From positions 620,001 through 684,000 of the forward strand of contig CAXXQE010000008.1 in assembly GCA_963665615.2 (NCBI GenBank): 64,000 nucleotides of DNA, written 5' to 3'. Positions within the stretch are counted from its first letter, which is position 1. Every line of letters starts with the position of its first letter. Below the pieces are notes generated by a model. It saw only the letters and a program-made list of their open reading frames with translations, ran no database searches and was not told where the DNA came from. Shown here piece after piece: positions 42,073 through 52,187 of this stretch. The position numbers and the translations under genes are program-made. Source of the DNA: Syntrophales bacterium (lineage in GTDB: Bacteria > Desulfobacterota > Syntrophia > Syntrophales > UBA4778).

Positions 42073-42112
42073 ATTGGAGCTTCGCCGCTGCTTGCTGCGG
42101 TGAAGCTCCAAT
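42073..42112. terminator. Hairpin between convergent genes
   Basis: ATTGGAGCTTCGCCGC/GCGGTGAAGCTCCAAT. Confidence 0.6.
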
Positions 42113-42131
42113 GTATGGAAAGTCGGTGAGC

Positions 42132-43016
42132 TCAACCGCCAGCACGCGAACGCTGCGGGGATGTGACGACCACGGTGCAGGTCATCCCTGCTGCTATCGG
42201 TATATCATCCGGTATCCGTTCAATCCGGACCCGAACCGGAACCCGCTGCGCGAGGCGAACCCAGTTGAACACCGGATTGACATCGGAGAGCAGCTCGCGC
42301 CCGGTGGGGTTATCGCGATCCGTGATGCCGCGTGACAGGCTCTCGATGTGTCCGCGAAGTGGGGTGTCGAAACCCATAAGTTTTATTTCCACAGGATCGC
42401 CCGGATGAAGCAGGCGGATCCGGTTTTCCTCGAAGTAGCCATAGACCCAGAAAGAGTTTTTATCGACAATGGCCAGCTTCGCTGTTCCCGCTGTTAGATA
42501 ATCCCCGGCATGGATGGCAAGGTTTGTAATGTAGCCGTCGACCGGCGCGCGCACCTCGGTCCGGTCCAGGTTGAGCTTTGCCACATCGCACGCTGCCTGG
42601 GCCTCACGGGAAAGCGCTTCGGCCGCATCCGCCTGTGACCGCGCGTTCTCGCGGCTTTCACCGGATACCACGTCTTCACCAAGTGCTGCACGCCGTTCAG
42701 CCTCCCGCCGCCGCATGGTCGTTGTTGCACGAGCGGACGCCAGGCGGGCTTGTGCCTGGTCCAGCGCCAGACGGTAGCGCTCCCGATCCACAACGAATAG
42801 AAGGTCGCCCTTGCGCACCAGCTGGTTGTCATGCACCGCCATACGGACGACCGTTCCGGAGACATCCGCTGCGATATTGACGATATTGGCACGCACGCGG
42901 CCGTCCCGCGTCCAAGGCGAATTCATGTAATGATTCCACAAGGCGATGGAGACGAATATCGCCAGAGCAAAGACGGAAAGTGTAAGAACAACACTGATAA
43001 GAGGTTTTAGTTTCAT
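42132..43016 (-). CDS. Efflux membrane fusion protein, AaeA/HlyD family
   Basis: PWTRDGRVRA, VRAPVDG, FNWVRLAQRVPVR. Confidence 0.92.
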   Translation of the reverse strand: MKLKPLISVVLTLSVFALAIFVSIALWNHYMNSPWTRDGRVRANIVNIAADVSGTVVRMAVHDNQLVRKGDLLFVVDRERYRLALDQAQARLASARATTTMRRREAERRAALGEDVVSGESRENARSQADAAEALSREAQAACDVAKLNLDRTEVRAPVDGYITNLAIHAGDYLTAGTAKLAIVDKNSFWVYGYFEENRIRLLHPGDPVEIKLMGFDTPLRGHIESLSRGITDRDNPTGRELLSDVNPVFNWVRLAQRVPVRVRIERIPDDIPIAAGMTCTVVVTSPQRSRAGG

Positions 43017-43059
43017 AGTAAGACCTTTGCAAAATGATTGAGTGTGAAGACTGTGCCGG

Positions 43060-43260
43060 TCAAGACAACGTCAGCAATCCGAGGCCGCCGAAAACACAGG
43101 CAAAGACACTTAGCCTGAACAGCGGAGGGTGCCATACATGGCGATACAGGCCCAGGCGACTGAATATCAGTTCCAGTACGCATTGCAGGACCATGCTCAA
43201 AAGAAATACTAAAAACAGCGTTGGGAACAGGGCGTCAAACAAAGGCAATTCACGCGGCAT
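43060..43260 (-). CDS. DUF1656/AaeX small membrane protein
   Basis: MPRE...LYRHVWHPPLF. Confidence 0.85.
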   Translation of the reverse strand: MPRELPLFDALFPTLFLVFLLSMVLQCVLELIFSRLGLYRHVWHPPLFRLSVFACVFGGLGLLTLS

Positions 43261-45421
43261 AGAGTGCATCTCCTTGAGTAGCGGTCGGCGCCCCAACGGC
43301 GCCGGACAAAGCTGTTTCGTCGTCGAGCAGGGTTATCCGGATACAGTGTAGCGATGTCTTTACGAGATGCATGGCGTCGCGCGGGACTCTTTCCGGGTTT
43401 TCTCCACCCAGCCTGTGCATCGTATCGATTGCCTCTTCGACCGCTTCGATGGCCGCTGCACGGTTATGCGCAGTCGGTTTCCGGAAGAGTTCCGCCAGGG
43501 CTTGGATGCTCCTTTCAACCCTGGCAATCTCTTTCATCCATGGGAAGGCCTTCATGCCCTGCCGAAGGTGAATAACGGCCCGCCCGATCTCCAGAACGGA
43601 AAACATCCAATCGATGGTGTGCCGGTCATGGGCATCCCTCGCGTTTTGCATGGCGGTGATGGTTCGCAGCAGATCGCGCGTGCTGCTCTCGAAGCGGTGA
43701 GAAAGTCCGGAAAGCGGCGCGAAGCAGGCCATCATCATCTGCCGCCGCATGGTGCGGGGGATGCGGCGCCTCAACCAGGCACAGGTCGCAGGTATAAAGG
43801 TTGCGAAAACCACGACCCCGGTGGCCACGCCGAGCATCAGCGCGGTGCCGTAATTGAACATATGAACCGGATCATATTGCACCCCGTTGCCCGGGGTTGT
43901 CATGAAGCAGATCATGCAGCTATAACCAAGACCCATTCCGGCTGTTTTGGGTGAGCGACTCCACCAGGCTCCGAGCATCAGTAAAGGAATCAGTGCCGCA
44001 CACAGCTGCCCGAAACCCGACAGGGAGGGCATGATGAAAATCTTGAGGGTGAATGCCAGCGGAAAGGCGATAGCGTTGCCCAGCAGCCCCCATTTCAGGG
44101 CCTGAGCGGGATCAGGTGCTGTCGAGAAAAGCGAACACACGATGGCGACCAGCATCAGGGCGCTCGTGCCATAGGGCCATGCGGTCACGATCCAGAACGC
44201 AGCCACTAAAAGCACGGCCAGCATGGCCCGCACACCGTTGAGCAACGCCGTGGTCAAGTCACTCCTGGATGCAAACGGGAGGTGGTCGTGTTCGGGCGAG
44301 TCTTCGCCGGGAAATGCTGCATAGGTTCTGGTGTAGTCGTGCAGTTCGAGGACGAAACGCCGGATCAGTTCCACGCCGGTATCGAAATCAAGGGTTGCCG
44401 AGGTCTCTGGCTCTATGCCGAGATCCCGATGCAGGGACTCGACACGTCCCGGCAGGGCCATCCGGAACGCGGCAATGTGTCGTGCGACCTGAGAAGCGTC
44501 CCCTGCGGTGCGAGGCGGCTTTCCGTCTTTCACCAATGCCTCAGCCAGGTGTTCACTGAGCGAAAGCAAGGGGAGGGCCGCCGGCGATCCAGTCTTTTTC
44601 AGGCGCGCAAGAAGCTGATGAAGCGAATGCAGCGTTGTCGACGCCGCCATGAAATCCCTGTTCAGCCTTCGCAATCTGGCATCATCCCTGTGAGAGTGCG
44701 TTGCCTCCAGTCTTGCGACCCCCCTCAGGGACTCCAGACTCAGAACGCTTCCGATGAAGCGCAGGTGCATCCGCTCGAGATCCGGGCGCTCGGCGCCTCT
44801 GCTGAAAAGTGCCTGCACAAAGCTTACAAATTCCGTATACCGCCCCTGTACCGCCTGGACGATCGTCGTGCCGACATGCTGCGGGAAAATAAGTTCGCTG
44901 ACGATACCCGCACAGAAGATCCCGATCATGACTTCAGTACATCGGTTGGTTGCGTATACGAAAAACGACGCCGGCTGCGGAAGCAGGGGAAGCCCTATCA
45001 TCGCCGCCGTATACCCGGCCAGGACAAAGCCATACGTATTCAAGTTTCTACTCAAGGCGGCGCCCGTCGTGCACAGGCCTACCCAGAGCGACAATCCGAG
45101 CAGAAACAGTTCCCGCTCCTGGGGGAACAGGGCAAACAGCACCAGGCTTGCCAACATCCCCGCAACTGTGCCTAAAGCGCGATATACCCCCTTCATCAGA
45201 ACCATGCCGGATTGGGGCTGCATCACGATAAAAGCGGTCACCATGGCCGTGAACGGCTGACCCAGTTCGAAGCGTATCGACACCCACATGGCGATCACGA
45301 CTGCGAGAGTCATTTTGAAAACGAACAACCATCCGGCCGCCTCTTTTACCGCCACGGCCGCGACGTCCTTGAGCACCACCCCGACGCGGGAGCGCATGTC
45401 GCTCCAGACAATGCTGCTCAT
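43250..45421 (-). CDS. FUSC/AaeB-family inner membrane efflux protein
   Basis: IVMQPQSG, YGFVLAGYTA, FWIVTAWP. Confidence 0.9.
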   Translation of the reverse strand: MSSIVWSDMRSRVGVVLKDVAAVAVKEAAGWLFVFKMTLAVVIAMWVSIRFELGQPFTAMVTAFIVMQPQSGMVLMKGVYRALGTVAGMLASLVLFALFPQERELFLLGLSLWVGLCTTGAALSRNLNTYGFVLAGYTAAMIGLPLLPQPASFFVYATNRCTEVMIGIFCAGIVSELIFPQHVGTTIVQAVQGRYTEFVSFVQALFSRGAERPDLERMHLRFIGSVLSLESLRGVARLEATHSHRDDARLRRLNRDFMAASTTLHSLHQLLARLKKTGSPAALPLLSLSEHLAEALVKDGKPPRTAGDASQVARHIAAFRMALPGRVESLHRDLGIEPETSATLDFDTGVELIRRFVLELHDYTRTYAAFPGEDSPEHDHLPFASRSDLTTALLNGVRAMLAVLLVAAFWIVTAWPYGTSALMLVAIVCSLFSTAPDPAQALKWGLLGNAIAFPLAFTLKIFIMPSLSGFGQLCAALIPLLMLGAWWSRSPKTAGMGLGYSCMICFMTTPGNGVQYDPVHMFNYGTALMLGVATGVVVFATFIPATCAWLRRRIPRTMRRQMMMACFAPLSGLSHRFESSTRDLLRTITAMQNARDAHDRHTIDWMFSVLEIGRAVIHLRQGMKAFPWMKEIARVERSIQALAELFRKPTAHNRAAAIEAVEEAIDTMHRLGGENPERVPRDAMHLVKTSLHCIRITLLDDETALSGAVGAPTATQGDALYAA

Positions 45422-46944
45422 GGCATATCCGTCCTCGCGGCCGCTCGGGAAAGTCGGCAGGCGCCGTCTTCAGTAGCGGTCGCAAGCCCGTCCGCGGGAG
45501 TCTCCGTTGACATCCCGCCGCCCAGAGCCTGCATCAGCTGGGCGTAGGCGTCGAGCTGCCGTGCCCGGTTCTGCGCTGTGTGCAGCGCTTCTATGAGCGT
45601 CTGGTTCTGCGCATTGAGGACGTTCAGGTAGTCGGTGAGACCGGCGCGATAGCCGCGCATGGCGATTCCGTAAGCGCGTTCCGCGAGGATGTTTGCCCGG
45701 TCCGCCTCTATTTGCTGCTTTTCCAGGGAATGCATCGTGACGAGCGCATTGGAGACATCCTGCAGGGCCTGTATGAGGGTCAGGTTGTAGGATTCGACCG
45801 CCCCGTCGTAGTCGGCTGTCACCGCGCCGAGCTCGCTGCGCAGCCGCCCCCCTTCGAAGATGGGAAGCGAAATGGCGGGAGCAACACCGTACTCCAGCGA
45901 ACCGGCCGAAAAGAACTTGGAAAACCCGAAGGCCGTCCAGCCTGTAAAAGCCGCCAGATTTATGTTGGGATAAAAGGCGGCCTTTGCCGCCTTGATATCT
46001 TTCCTCGCCGCTTCGACCCGCCAGCGCTGCGCAGCCACATCCGGTCGCCGTCCCAAAAGATCGGCGGGAAGCACTGAAGGTACGGCGATCGGTATATTCA
46101 GCGAGAGTGTCGGGCGACAAATCCGCTCTCCGAAACCGGGACCATTTCCAGTGAGTGCGCTCAACTGGTTGCGCAACAGTTCGATCGTTTCGGTTACCCT
46201 CTCCAGTTCGGCCCGCGCCGCCGGTACGGGCGTTTCTGCCTGGCTTCTGTCGAATTCCGTGGCGAGACCGGCATTCAGCCGCTTTTGCGTGATCTCAAGT
46301 ATGTCCTGGCGCTGCCGCAGACTGTTACGCGCTATATCCTGTTCGACAAATCGCAGGGACAGCTGCACATAGGTACGGACGACCGCTGTTTCAAGGTTGA
46401 GCTTGACAACGCGCGCCTCTGCATCGGTTACTTTAACGATGTCCAGGGCGGCCTGAAGGGCATAGCGATTTTTCCCCCACAGGTCGAGATTGTAGGCCAG
46501 TTCGAAGGCTGCATGGTTATTCCAGTATTCTTCGCCGGCGTAGGGTGGTGGGATCAGATGATTTTCGGTAAAGTGCTCGTACGTGAGCACAGAGCCTGCA
46601 TTCAGACTCGGCCAGAGCGGGGCCTTCGCCCCTTGAGCTAAAAACCGGGCTTTGGCAATCCTGGTCTCGGCTATGCGTAGCGAAGGGTTGCCCGCCGCGG
46701 CCTGCTCAACCAGACTGTCGAGTTGGGGGTCGTTAAGCGCTTTCCACCAGGCTGACGTCGGCCAAGGAGCGTTTGAATTTGCCGATGACCGGACGACGGC
46801 GCCGGCATCCAGGTTATTGGGATCGAGCTGACGTGCCTGGGGGGAAATTCCGATGGGCAATCTGGCGCAGCCATTGAGAAACACGGTCATTGCTCCCAGT
46901 GCCAGAAGACCCGTTAAAATAGATTTGATAACGTTCCTGTGCAT
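45418..46944 (-). CDS. Outer-membrane efflux lipoprotein (NodT/OMF)
   Basis: Lipobox LNGC, WWKALNDPQL, LLGRRPDV, QALGGG. Confidence 0.92.
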   Translation of the reverse strand: MHRNVIKSILTGLLALGAMTVFLNGCARLPIGISPQARQLDPNNLDAGAVVRSSANSNAPWPTSAWWKALNDPQLDSLVEQAAAGNPSLRIAETRIAKARFLAQGAKAPLWPSLNAGSVLTYEHFTENHLIPPPYAGEEYWNNHAAFELAYNLDLWGKNRYALQAALDIVKVTDAEARVVKLNLETAVVRTYVQLSLRFVEQDIARNSLRQRQDILEITQKRLNAGLATEFDRSQAETPVPAARAELERVTETIELLRNQLSALTGNGPGFGERICRPTLSLNIPIAVPSVLPADLLGRRPDVAAQRWRVEAARKDIKAAKAAFYPNINLAAFTGWTAFGFSKFFSAGSLEYGVAPAISLPIFEGGRLRSELGAVTADYDGAVESYNLTLIQALQDVSNALVTMHSLEKQQIEADRANILAERAYGIAMRGYRAGLTDYLNVLNAQNQTLIEALHTAQNRARQLDAYAQLMQALGGGMSTETPADGLATATEDGACRLSRAAARTDMP

Positions 46945-46982
46945 TAATTCCACTCTTCCCTTAGGAATTTTGACCCCCGAAA

Positions 46983-47000
46983 TAGTTGTCATGGCAAGTA
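46983..47000. promoter_or_regulatory. Putative MarR operator 1
   Basis: Near-palindrome TAGTTGTCATGGCAAGTA; 16/18 match to reverse complement of 47465-47482. Confidence 0.7.
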
Positions 47001-47014
47001 ATTTTGCAAAAAAA

Positions 47015-47452
47015 TCAGCCGAGGTTAGTTAGAAATTTCTGAAGCAGCTCTTTTGCAAATTTTAGCTCCAGCTCGGAAAAACCTGTCTGTGCTTTTTTCC
47101 TGAACTGCATCACGACGGGCAGGAGTTGTTCACGAAGCTTTTTACCCTTTGCAGTCAAAGAAACCAGGAAAGACCTCCCGTCGGAAGGATTCGGGTCTCT
47201 GCGGACCAGCCCTTTGTTTACCATCTTTTCAAGAATGCGGGCCGTGTTCGATTGGTCCTTGGTAAGCCTGTCAGCCAGCTCCTTCTGGCATACGCCATCA
47301 TCATAGGAGAGCCGGTTAAGGATAACCCATTGCTCCGGTGTCACGTTAAAAGGCTTCAGGCATTTCCCAAGCTCACCCTTATACACCAAGCCGGCGATGC
47401 TTATCCAATACCCGAGGGAATCCTTGAAGGCAAAATCGTTAAAATCAGACAT
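47015..47452 (-). CDS. MarR-family regulator
   Basis: VTPEQWVIL, QKELA, DGRS..V.LT.KG. Confidence 0.92.
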   Translation of the reverse strand: MSDFNDFAFKDSLGYWISIAGLVYKGELGKCLKPFNVTPEQWVILNRLSYDDGVCQKELADRLTKDQSNTARILEKMVNKGLVRRDPNPSDGRSFLVSLTAKGKKLREQLLPVVMQFRKKAQTGFSELELKFAKELLQKFLTNLG

Positions 47453-47464
47453 AGCCAAGCTGTT

Positions 47465-47482
47465 TACTTGTCATGACCACTA
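47465..47482. promoter_or_regulatory. Putative MarR operator 2
   Basis: TACTTGTCATGACCACTA just upstream of the marR start. Confidence 0.7.
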
Positions 47483-47612
47483 AATGTCAAGCAATAATTT
47501 GCAGGCATGCGATCCCGTTTGTCCGGTAAACAAAATTTGAAACGTCCTGACGTGATGGATTAAAGAGAATCGGCGTATCTAGATTGGCAATTACTTGATG
47601 CACCTTCTTTTG

Positions 47613-48212
47613 CTAGGTTTTTTCTATCCTTTCCCGAAAAACGTCAAATGGCTGTAATCCAACGATCCTGTAGCGATCGTTCAGTATGTAAGTAGGCACA
47701 ACTTCAACGCGCAATGCCTTGGATTTTTCCAGTTCATTGTCCAAAATAGCGCGGTACCTGCCACTTTCAATCTCCAGCTGCATTTCACCGGCATCTAACA
47801 AAGCCTCTTGGGCAGCATCCCGTAATACGGACCATTGATTTATATCCTGCCCTTCACCCCAAAGCTTACGGAAGACGATCGCATGGAACTCGTTATGCCT
47901 ATTTTGTGCGCGTGCATATTCGCTTGCCTCGAGCGCCCGACGTGAATTCGGAAATGATTCTACGTCCACAAAGGGCAGCGCGATTTCGTCGGCAATTGTT
48001 TTGATCCTAGAGAACATGGCCGAAAACTGTTGTTGAATATGTGGAGGCAACCGCATGCCTTCCTGCGGAAATTCGGGATGTAAAAAAACGGGTCGCCAGT
48101 CCACTTCGGCCCCGTAATCCTTCTGTATACGCTCGACCAGGCCTTGGCCGACATAGCACCACGGACAAATATAATCTGAATATACGGTCAATTTAACGGT
48201 TCCCTCATTCAT
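47613..48212 (-). CDS. DsbA/FrnE-like oxidoreductase
   Basis: YSDYICPWCYVG, VPTYI, GLQP. Confidence 0.88.
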   Translation of the reverse strand: MNEGTVKLTVYSDYICPWCYVGQGLVERIQKDYGAEVDWRPVFLHPEFPQEGMRLPPHIQQQFSAMFSRIKTIADEIALPFVDVESFPNSRRALEASEYARAQNRHNEFHAIVFRKLWGEGQDINQWSVLRDAAQEALLDAGEMQLEIESGRYRAILDNELEKSKALRVEVVPTYILNDRYRIVGLQPFDVFRERIEKT

Positions 48213-48446
48213 GACTTACCTCATGGAAATTAAGTGACGGGTGACGAGTAACAAGTGACGGGCGGAGCATTTGCTTTCATCTACAGCGGCTTTAAACGAA
48301 TTAGCCAATAATTAACCGAATGCTATTTGAAATGAAGTAATATCGAGAAGCTGATGAACAGGTGAGATCAGCTTTACAAAAAATACACAGAGGGTATTCT
48401 ACGCCGCTTTGTTTTTCTATGTTAACCGCCTGCCGTATTATTTTTG

Positions 48447-48980
48447 TCATTTAAATTCTATTTGAATTTGACGGACGTAATTAGCATTAGCGTATGGTGT
48501 CCTTACTCGGCAATGTGCGATTGTTGGATGCTGTAAAAATAATTCAGAGAATGTTTTTTTATCTGATATTTTAATTATTAATTTTTTGTCTTGAATAAAC
48601 GATTTTATGGATAGATCATCTCTAACATTTAATGACTTGTCAAATATTGAAGCTTGTGCCCGGTATATCAATTCGTCAATGCTACCGCTAATTTCATTGG
48701 AATGAGGATACTTGAAAAGATAGACGCCAAAATTATATGTCCCTTTCAAGTCGTTGCCCGTCAGTGAAACCTGCCAAGCATATTCTAGATAATTATCTTC
48801 TGTTTCCTTCCTATTCCAAGTCCAGGTTTCTTGCTCTGGAAGGGAGAACGCAAATTCAGCCGCCGAACCACGAACGATTGCTGTAAATATATGCTCATTC
48901 TCCGTTGATTGTGCAGAAACATGGTTTGGTAGCATGAACACAAAAAGACAGATGATGCCTATAGCTCTCATTTTTCTCAT
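48447..48980 (-). CDS. Hypothetical secreted protein (AT-rich)
   Basis: Signal peptide ending VSA; visibly low GC. Confidence 0.7.
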   Translation of the reverse strand: MRKMRAIGIICLFVFMLPNHVSAQSTENEHIFTAIVRGSAAEFAFSLPEQETWTWNRKETEDNYLEYAWQVSLTGNDLKGTYNFGVYLFKYPHSNEISGSIDELIYRAQASIFDKSLNVRDDLSIKSFIQDKKLIIKISDKKTFSELFLQHPTIAHCRVRTPYANANYVRQIQIEFK

Positions 48981-49115
48981 ACGCAGATGGGACTCTTCGT
49001 TAATTTTTTAATTCGTTATCACGATTTTCACTCGAAATCCATGATGCCCTACAAGATTGTAAGGTGAGGAGCACAGGAATCTACACGTAACATGATCTGA
49101 TTTTCTTCAGCCGAT

Positions 49116-49955
49116 TCACCGTGTGAGGAGGACCGGGATCGGGCTTTTGCGGATAACGTAGGATGTGGTACTGCCGAGAAAGAACTCCCTGACCCTGCCG
49201 CTGCCGAAGGCGCCCATGACCATCAACTCCACGGAGCCGTCTCGTATGAAGGACAGGATCTGCTTGTCCTCGCGGCCGTTCAGGACGACCATTGCGCTGT
49301 CGATATCATAGGTATCCAGGACGGCCTCGGCCCGGCTCGACAGCGCGTCGGCCGCAGCCTGATCCTCGACGATCATCAGCACGGTGAGCGGCCATTTCGT
49401 TTGGTCGGATAAAGCCGCCGCCAGGGTCAGGGCTTTATCCGCCGGGGCGCTGCCGTCGTAGGCGACAGCCATGCTCTCGATCTCCTGGAAGTCCCGCGGC
49501 GTCACGAGAACGGGCTTTTTTGACTTGCGGGTGACCGATTCCGCGGTCGATCCCAAAAAGCCGCCGCGGGTCAGATGGTAATGCTCGCCGCGCTGAGCCA
49601 GCAGCGTACAGTCGGCCGCCTCGGCCTCTTCCAGAACGACCTCATCGATGAGTCCCTTGACCAGCTTTACCTCGCAGCGCACCTCGGCCTCGTCGCATGC
49701 CTGACGAAAGGCGTCGAGGATCTTTTCGCCCCGCTTTTCGAGGGCCTCTTCGATTTTCGGGAGAAATTCATAGCAGGCGGGAAACCCGCTGCATGCGGCG
49801 ATTTCTCCCATGAGCGGTCCCTGGATGATCTTGATATCGACGATGTGCAAACCGGTCAGACACGCCCCGAGCTTCCTGGCGATGTAAATTCCGTACTTCA
49901 AGGCTGTCCGGCTGAAATCGGAATCATCTACGGCAATCAGGATAGAATCCACCAT
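49116..49955 (-). CDS. Universal stress protein, tandem domains
   Basis: ILIAVDDS, LGSTAE, VAYDGS, MGAFG..LGSTT. Confidence 0.9.
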   Translation of the reverse strand: MVDSILIAVDDSDFSRTALKYGIYIARKLGACLTGLHIVDIKIIQGPLMGEIAACSGFPACYEFLPKIEEALEKRGEKILDAFRQACDEAEVRCEVKLVKGLIDEVVLEEAEAADCTLLAQRGEHYHLTRGGFLGSTAESVTRKSKKPVLVTPRDFQEIESMAVAYDGSAPADKALTLAAALSDQTKWPLTVLMIVEDQAAADALSSRAEAVLDTYDIDSAMVVLNGREDKQILSFIRDGSVELMVMGAFGSGRVREFFLGSTTSYVIRKSPIPVLLTR

Positions 49956-49963
49956 CCCCTGCC

Positions 49964-50671
49964 TCACTTGGGGTCGGATTTCTGCAAACGGCTCAGAAGC
50001 TGATCGAATTCGGCATGGGCTGCTTCAATTATCTCGTCGTCGTTTTCCGAGTCGCTTGCCTGGCCCTCCTTGTCGAAGGTGAGGTAGGGGCCGATCAACT
50101 TGTTGTTCCGATAGCGGGCCTTTGCCTTGATCTGACCGTTTTTGTAATAGAGGATAAAGTCTCCGTTGCGTTTGTCTCTGGAAAAGGAGCCTTTTTCCCG
50201 GACTTCTCCTGTCTGATAATAGGAGGTGTAGTCTCCGTCGAAGAGGCCGCCCTTGAAATGTTCCTCTTCCTTGATTTGCCCGTTTTTGAGGTAAAAGGCG
50301 TAAAGCCCTTCGAGTCGGCCGTTGAGATAGTGGGCCTTTTCCCGGACGGTGCCGTCTTCGTAATAGGAGGTATAGTCTCCCTCGAGTTTTCCCCGGTCAT
50401 AGACGCCCACCTCGCGAATCTGACCGTTGGGATGATAGGACACCGCCTCGCCCTGTTTCTTCCCGTTTTCGAAGGTCTGTTTTACCATCACCTGACCGTC
50501 GGCATAGAAAGACAGATACTCCCCCTGGCATTTGCCACCCACGAGGGTCTTTTTTTCCTTGGGGCGCCCCGATGCGTAAGACCTGACGACCTCCCTTTTG
50601 TCCGGCTGAAAGAAACTCATGACGAACCCATTCGGCAGGCCGCGCTGCAGCGCGGCCGCGGTGTTATGCAA
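49964..50671 (-). CDS. MORN-variant repeat (YwqK-like) protein; start uncertain
   Basis: Repeated ~24-aa G..x.YY.NG...E...Y units. Confidence 0.8.
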   Translation of the reverse strand: MHNTAAALQRGLPNGFVMSFFQPDKREVVRSYASGRPKEKKTLVGGKCQGEYLSFYADGQVMVKQTFENGKKQGEAVSYHPNGQIREVGVYDRGKLEGDYTSYYEDGTVREKAHYLNGRLEGLYAFYLKNGQIKEEEHFKGGLFDGDYTSYYQTGEVREKGSFSRDKRNGDFILYYKNGQIKAKARYRNNKLIGPYLTFDKEGQASDSENDDEIIEAAHAEFDQLLSRLQKSDPK

Positions 50672-50717
50672 TCGATAAACCGTAGCTTACTTCACGTTAG
50701 AAGTCGAGGGCAAAGAT

Positions 50718-51167
50718 CTACCTTACGATGGTTACGGGAGCCCCGGCCTCCTGGTGGATGACACCCAGTGCCACGCTTCCCAAGAGCACCGAGCCGAGAG
50801 CGCTGCGACCGTGGGACCCGAGGATGATCAGGTCGGCGCGTGTTGCTCCGGCGGCCTTGACGATTTCCGAGACGGGGTGTCCTGAACGGACGATTCCTTC
50901 GAAGGGCACGCCGCGGCGGCCACAAACCGCCTCCAGGTCTGCCATCAACGCTTCGGCTGATTGTTTCAGGTAATCTTCAACGGGTTCCATGAGGTGTGTC
51001 GGCGACACGCCGCTGGCAACGCTCTGCCTCTCGACAACGGCGGGAATATTGACGACATGAACCGCTGCCAAAGTGGCCTTCAGTGTCGCCGCCAGATCGA
51101 CGGCATAGGTCACCGCCCTGCGTGCCGATTCCGAATCATCCGTAGCCACGAGGATCTTCTTGATCAT
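50718..51167 (-). CDS. Universal stress protein
   Basis: KILVATDDS, DLIILGSHGR, LGSVA. Confidence 0.92.
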   Translation of the reverse strand: MIKKILVATDDSESARRAVTYAVDLAATLKATLAAVHVVNIPAVVERQSVASGVSPTHLMEPVEDYLKQSAEALMADLEAVCGRRGVPFEGIVRSGHPVSEIVKAAGATRADLIILGSHGRSALGSVLLGSVALGVIHQEAGAPVTIVR

Positions 51168-51296
51168 AATCCACCTCCTTCTGCGCGAGTTAGTGATCGG
51201 CTCTCAGCTTCCTGCGGCATCGCTTTTTAGCGATAACCGGATGCCTTTGAGCCCATTAGCCGTTCCCTGTCAACTGTTAGAGCGCGTCAGTTGCCA

Positions 51297-51821
51297 TCAA
51301 CCCCCGTCGAGACCGTGATGCTCCTTGGCCGTATACCAGGCCCCCGGATCGGTCAGGAAGAGTTCGGCGTCTCTCAGCGCCACGTAGTGCTCATGCTCAA
51401 TGCCGGCCAGCAGATCAAAGAAGGCCTTCTGCTTCGGATCGGTCACGCCGTCGCGCAACTCCGCATAAAAGGCCGCGCCCTTCGCCTCGAAATCGATGGC
51501 GGTTTTGAGCGCCTCGAGGTCGCCGCTGTCGGTATCCGGGGCGGACGAAACCTTTGCCAGGACGCCCTTCAGTACCGTCATGATGGGGGTTCCCTTGACG
51601 GTCAGCGGAAGCCCCTCGGGCCACTTCTGCTGTGCCGCCCATTTTTCGTGGAGTTCCTTCAGGCGTTCATAATGCTCCAACTCATCATCCGCAATCTGGA
51701 GGAACATGGCCTTGCCGATCGGGTTGGCCGTTCTTTGCGCCTGCTTGAGGTAAAACGCTCTCTCCTGCTTTTCATTCTTCAACGCCAATTCCAGTGCATC
51801 CAACCGTTGTTTCTCGTCCAT
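51297..51821 (-). CDS. Ferritin-like/rubrerythrin-domain protein
   Basis: Two E...FY...ExxH repeats (DELEH, IEHEH). Confidence 0.88.
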   Translation of the reverse strand: MDEKQRLDALELALKNEKQERAFYLKQAQRTANPIGKAMFLQIADDELEHYERLKELHEKWAAQQKWPEGLPLTVKGTPIMTVLKGVLAKVSSAPDTDSGDLEALKTAIDFEAKGAAFYAELRDGVTDPKQKAFFDLLAGIEHEHYVALRDAELFLTDPGAWYTAKEHHGLDGG

Positions 51822-51850
51822 AGTCCCTCCTGCGATGTTGCGTTATTTTT

Positions 51851-52032
51851 AGAGCTTGTTCGTAAATAACCTCGCCACCTCGCATCCCATCTTCACGTCA
51901 TCTTTTCCCGCGCCTCAATCGCAAAATCCTCAACGTAGCGTTGCTACGCCTGCGGTTTTGCTCAATCGTTGCAGAAAAATCTGACGCAAATCCGGGCGCG
52001 ATCTCAGGCGACGTTATTTACGAACAAGCTCT
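51851..52032. mobile_element. MITE-like element with 20-bp perfect terminal inverted repeats
   Basis: AGAGCTTGTTCGTAAATAAC...GTTATTTACGAACAAGCTCT, self-complementary interior, no ORF. Confidence 0.7.
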
Positions 52033-52187
52033 TTGTCTTCTTCCGGTCTCGCCTGGCGCGATGGTCCGGCGGCGGACGCTTTCGGTCGCGCAGCACACGC
52101 GATATGTCTTTCTGCCGCCTGGTGGTTCTCTCGCCCATAATGCCCCCTTATCTTATGCACCCTTTCCGGAATGGCAAGGGTGTCCTT

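Noticed and set aside
51231..51283. attC-like site (GATAAC...GTTAGAG)
   Set aside because: Short, lacks internal complementarity, no integrase
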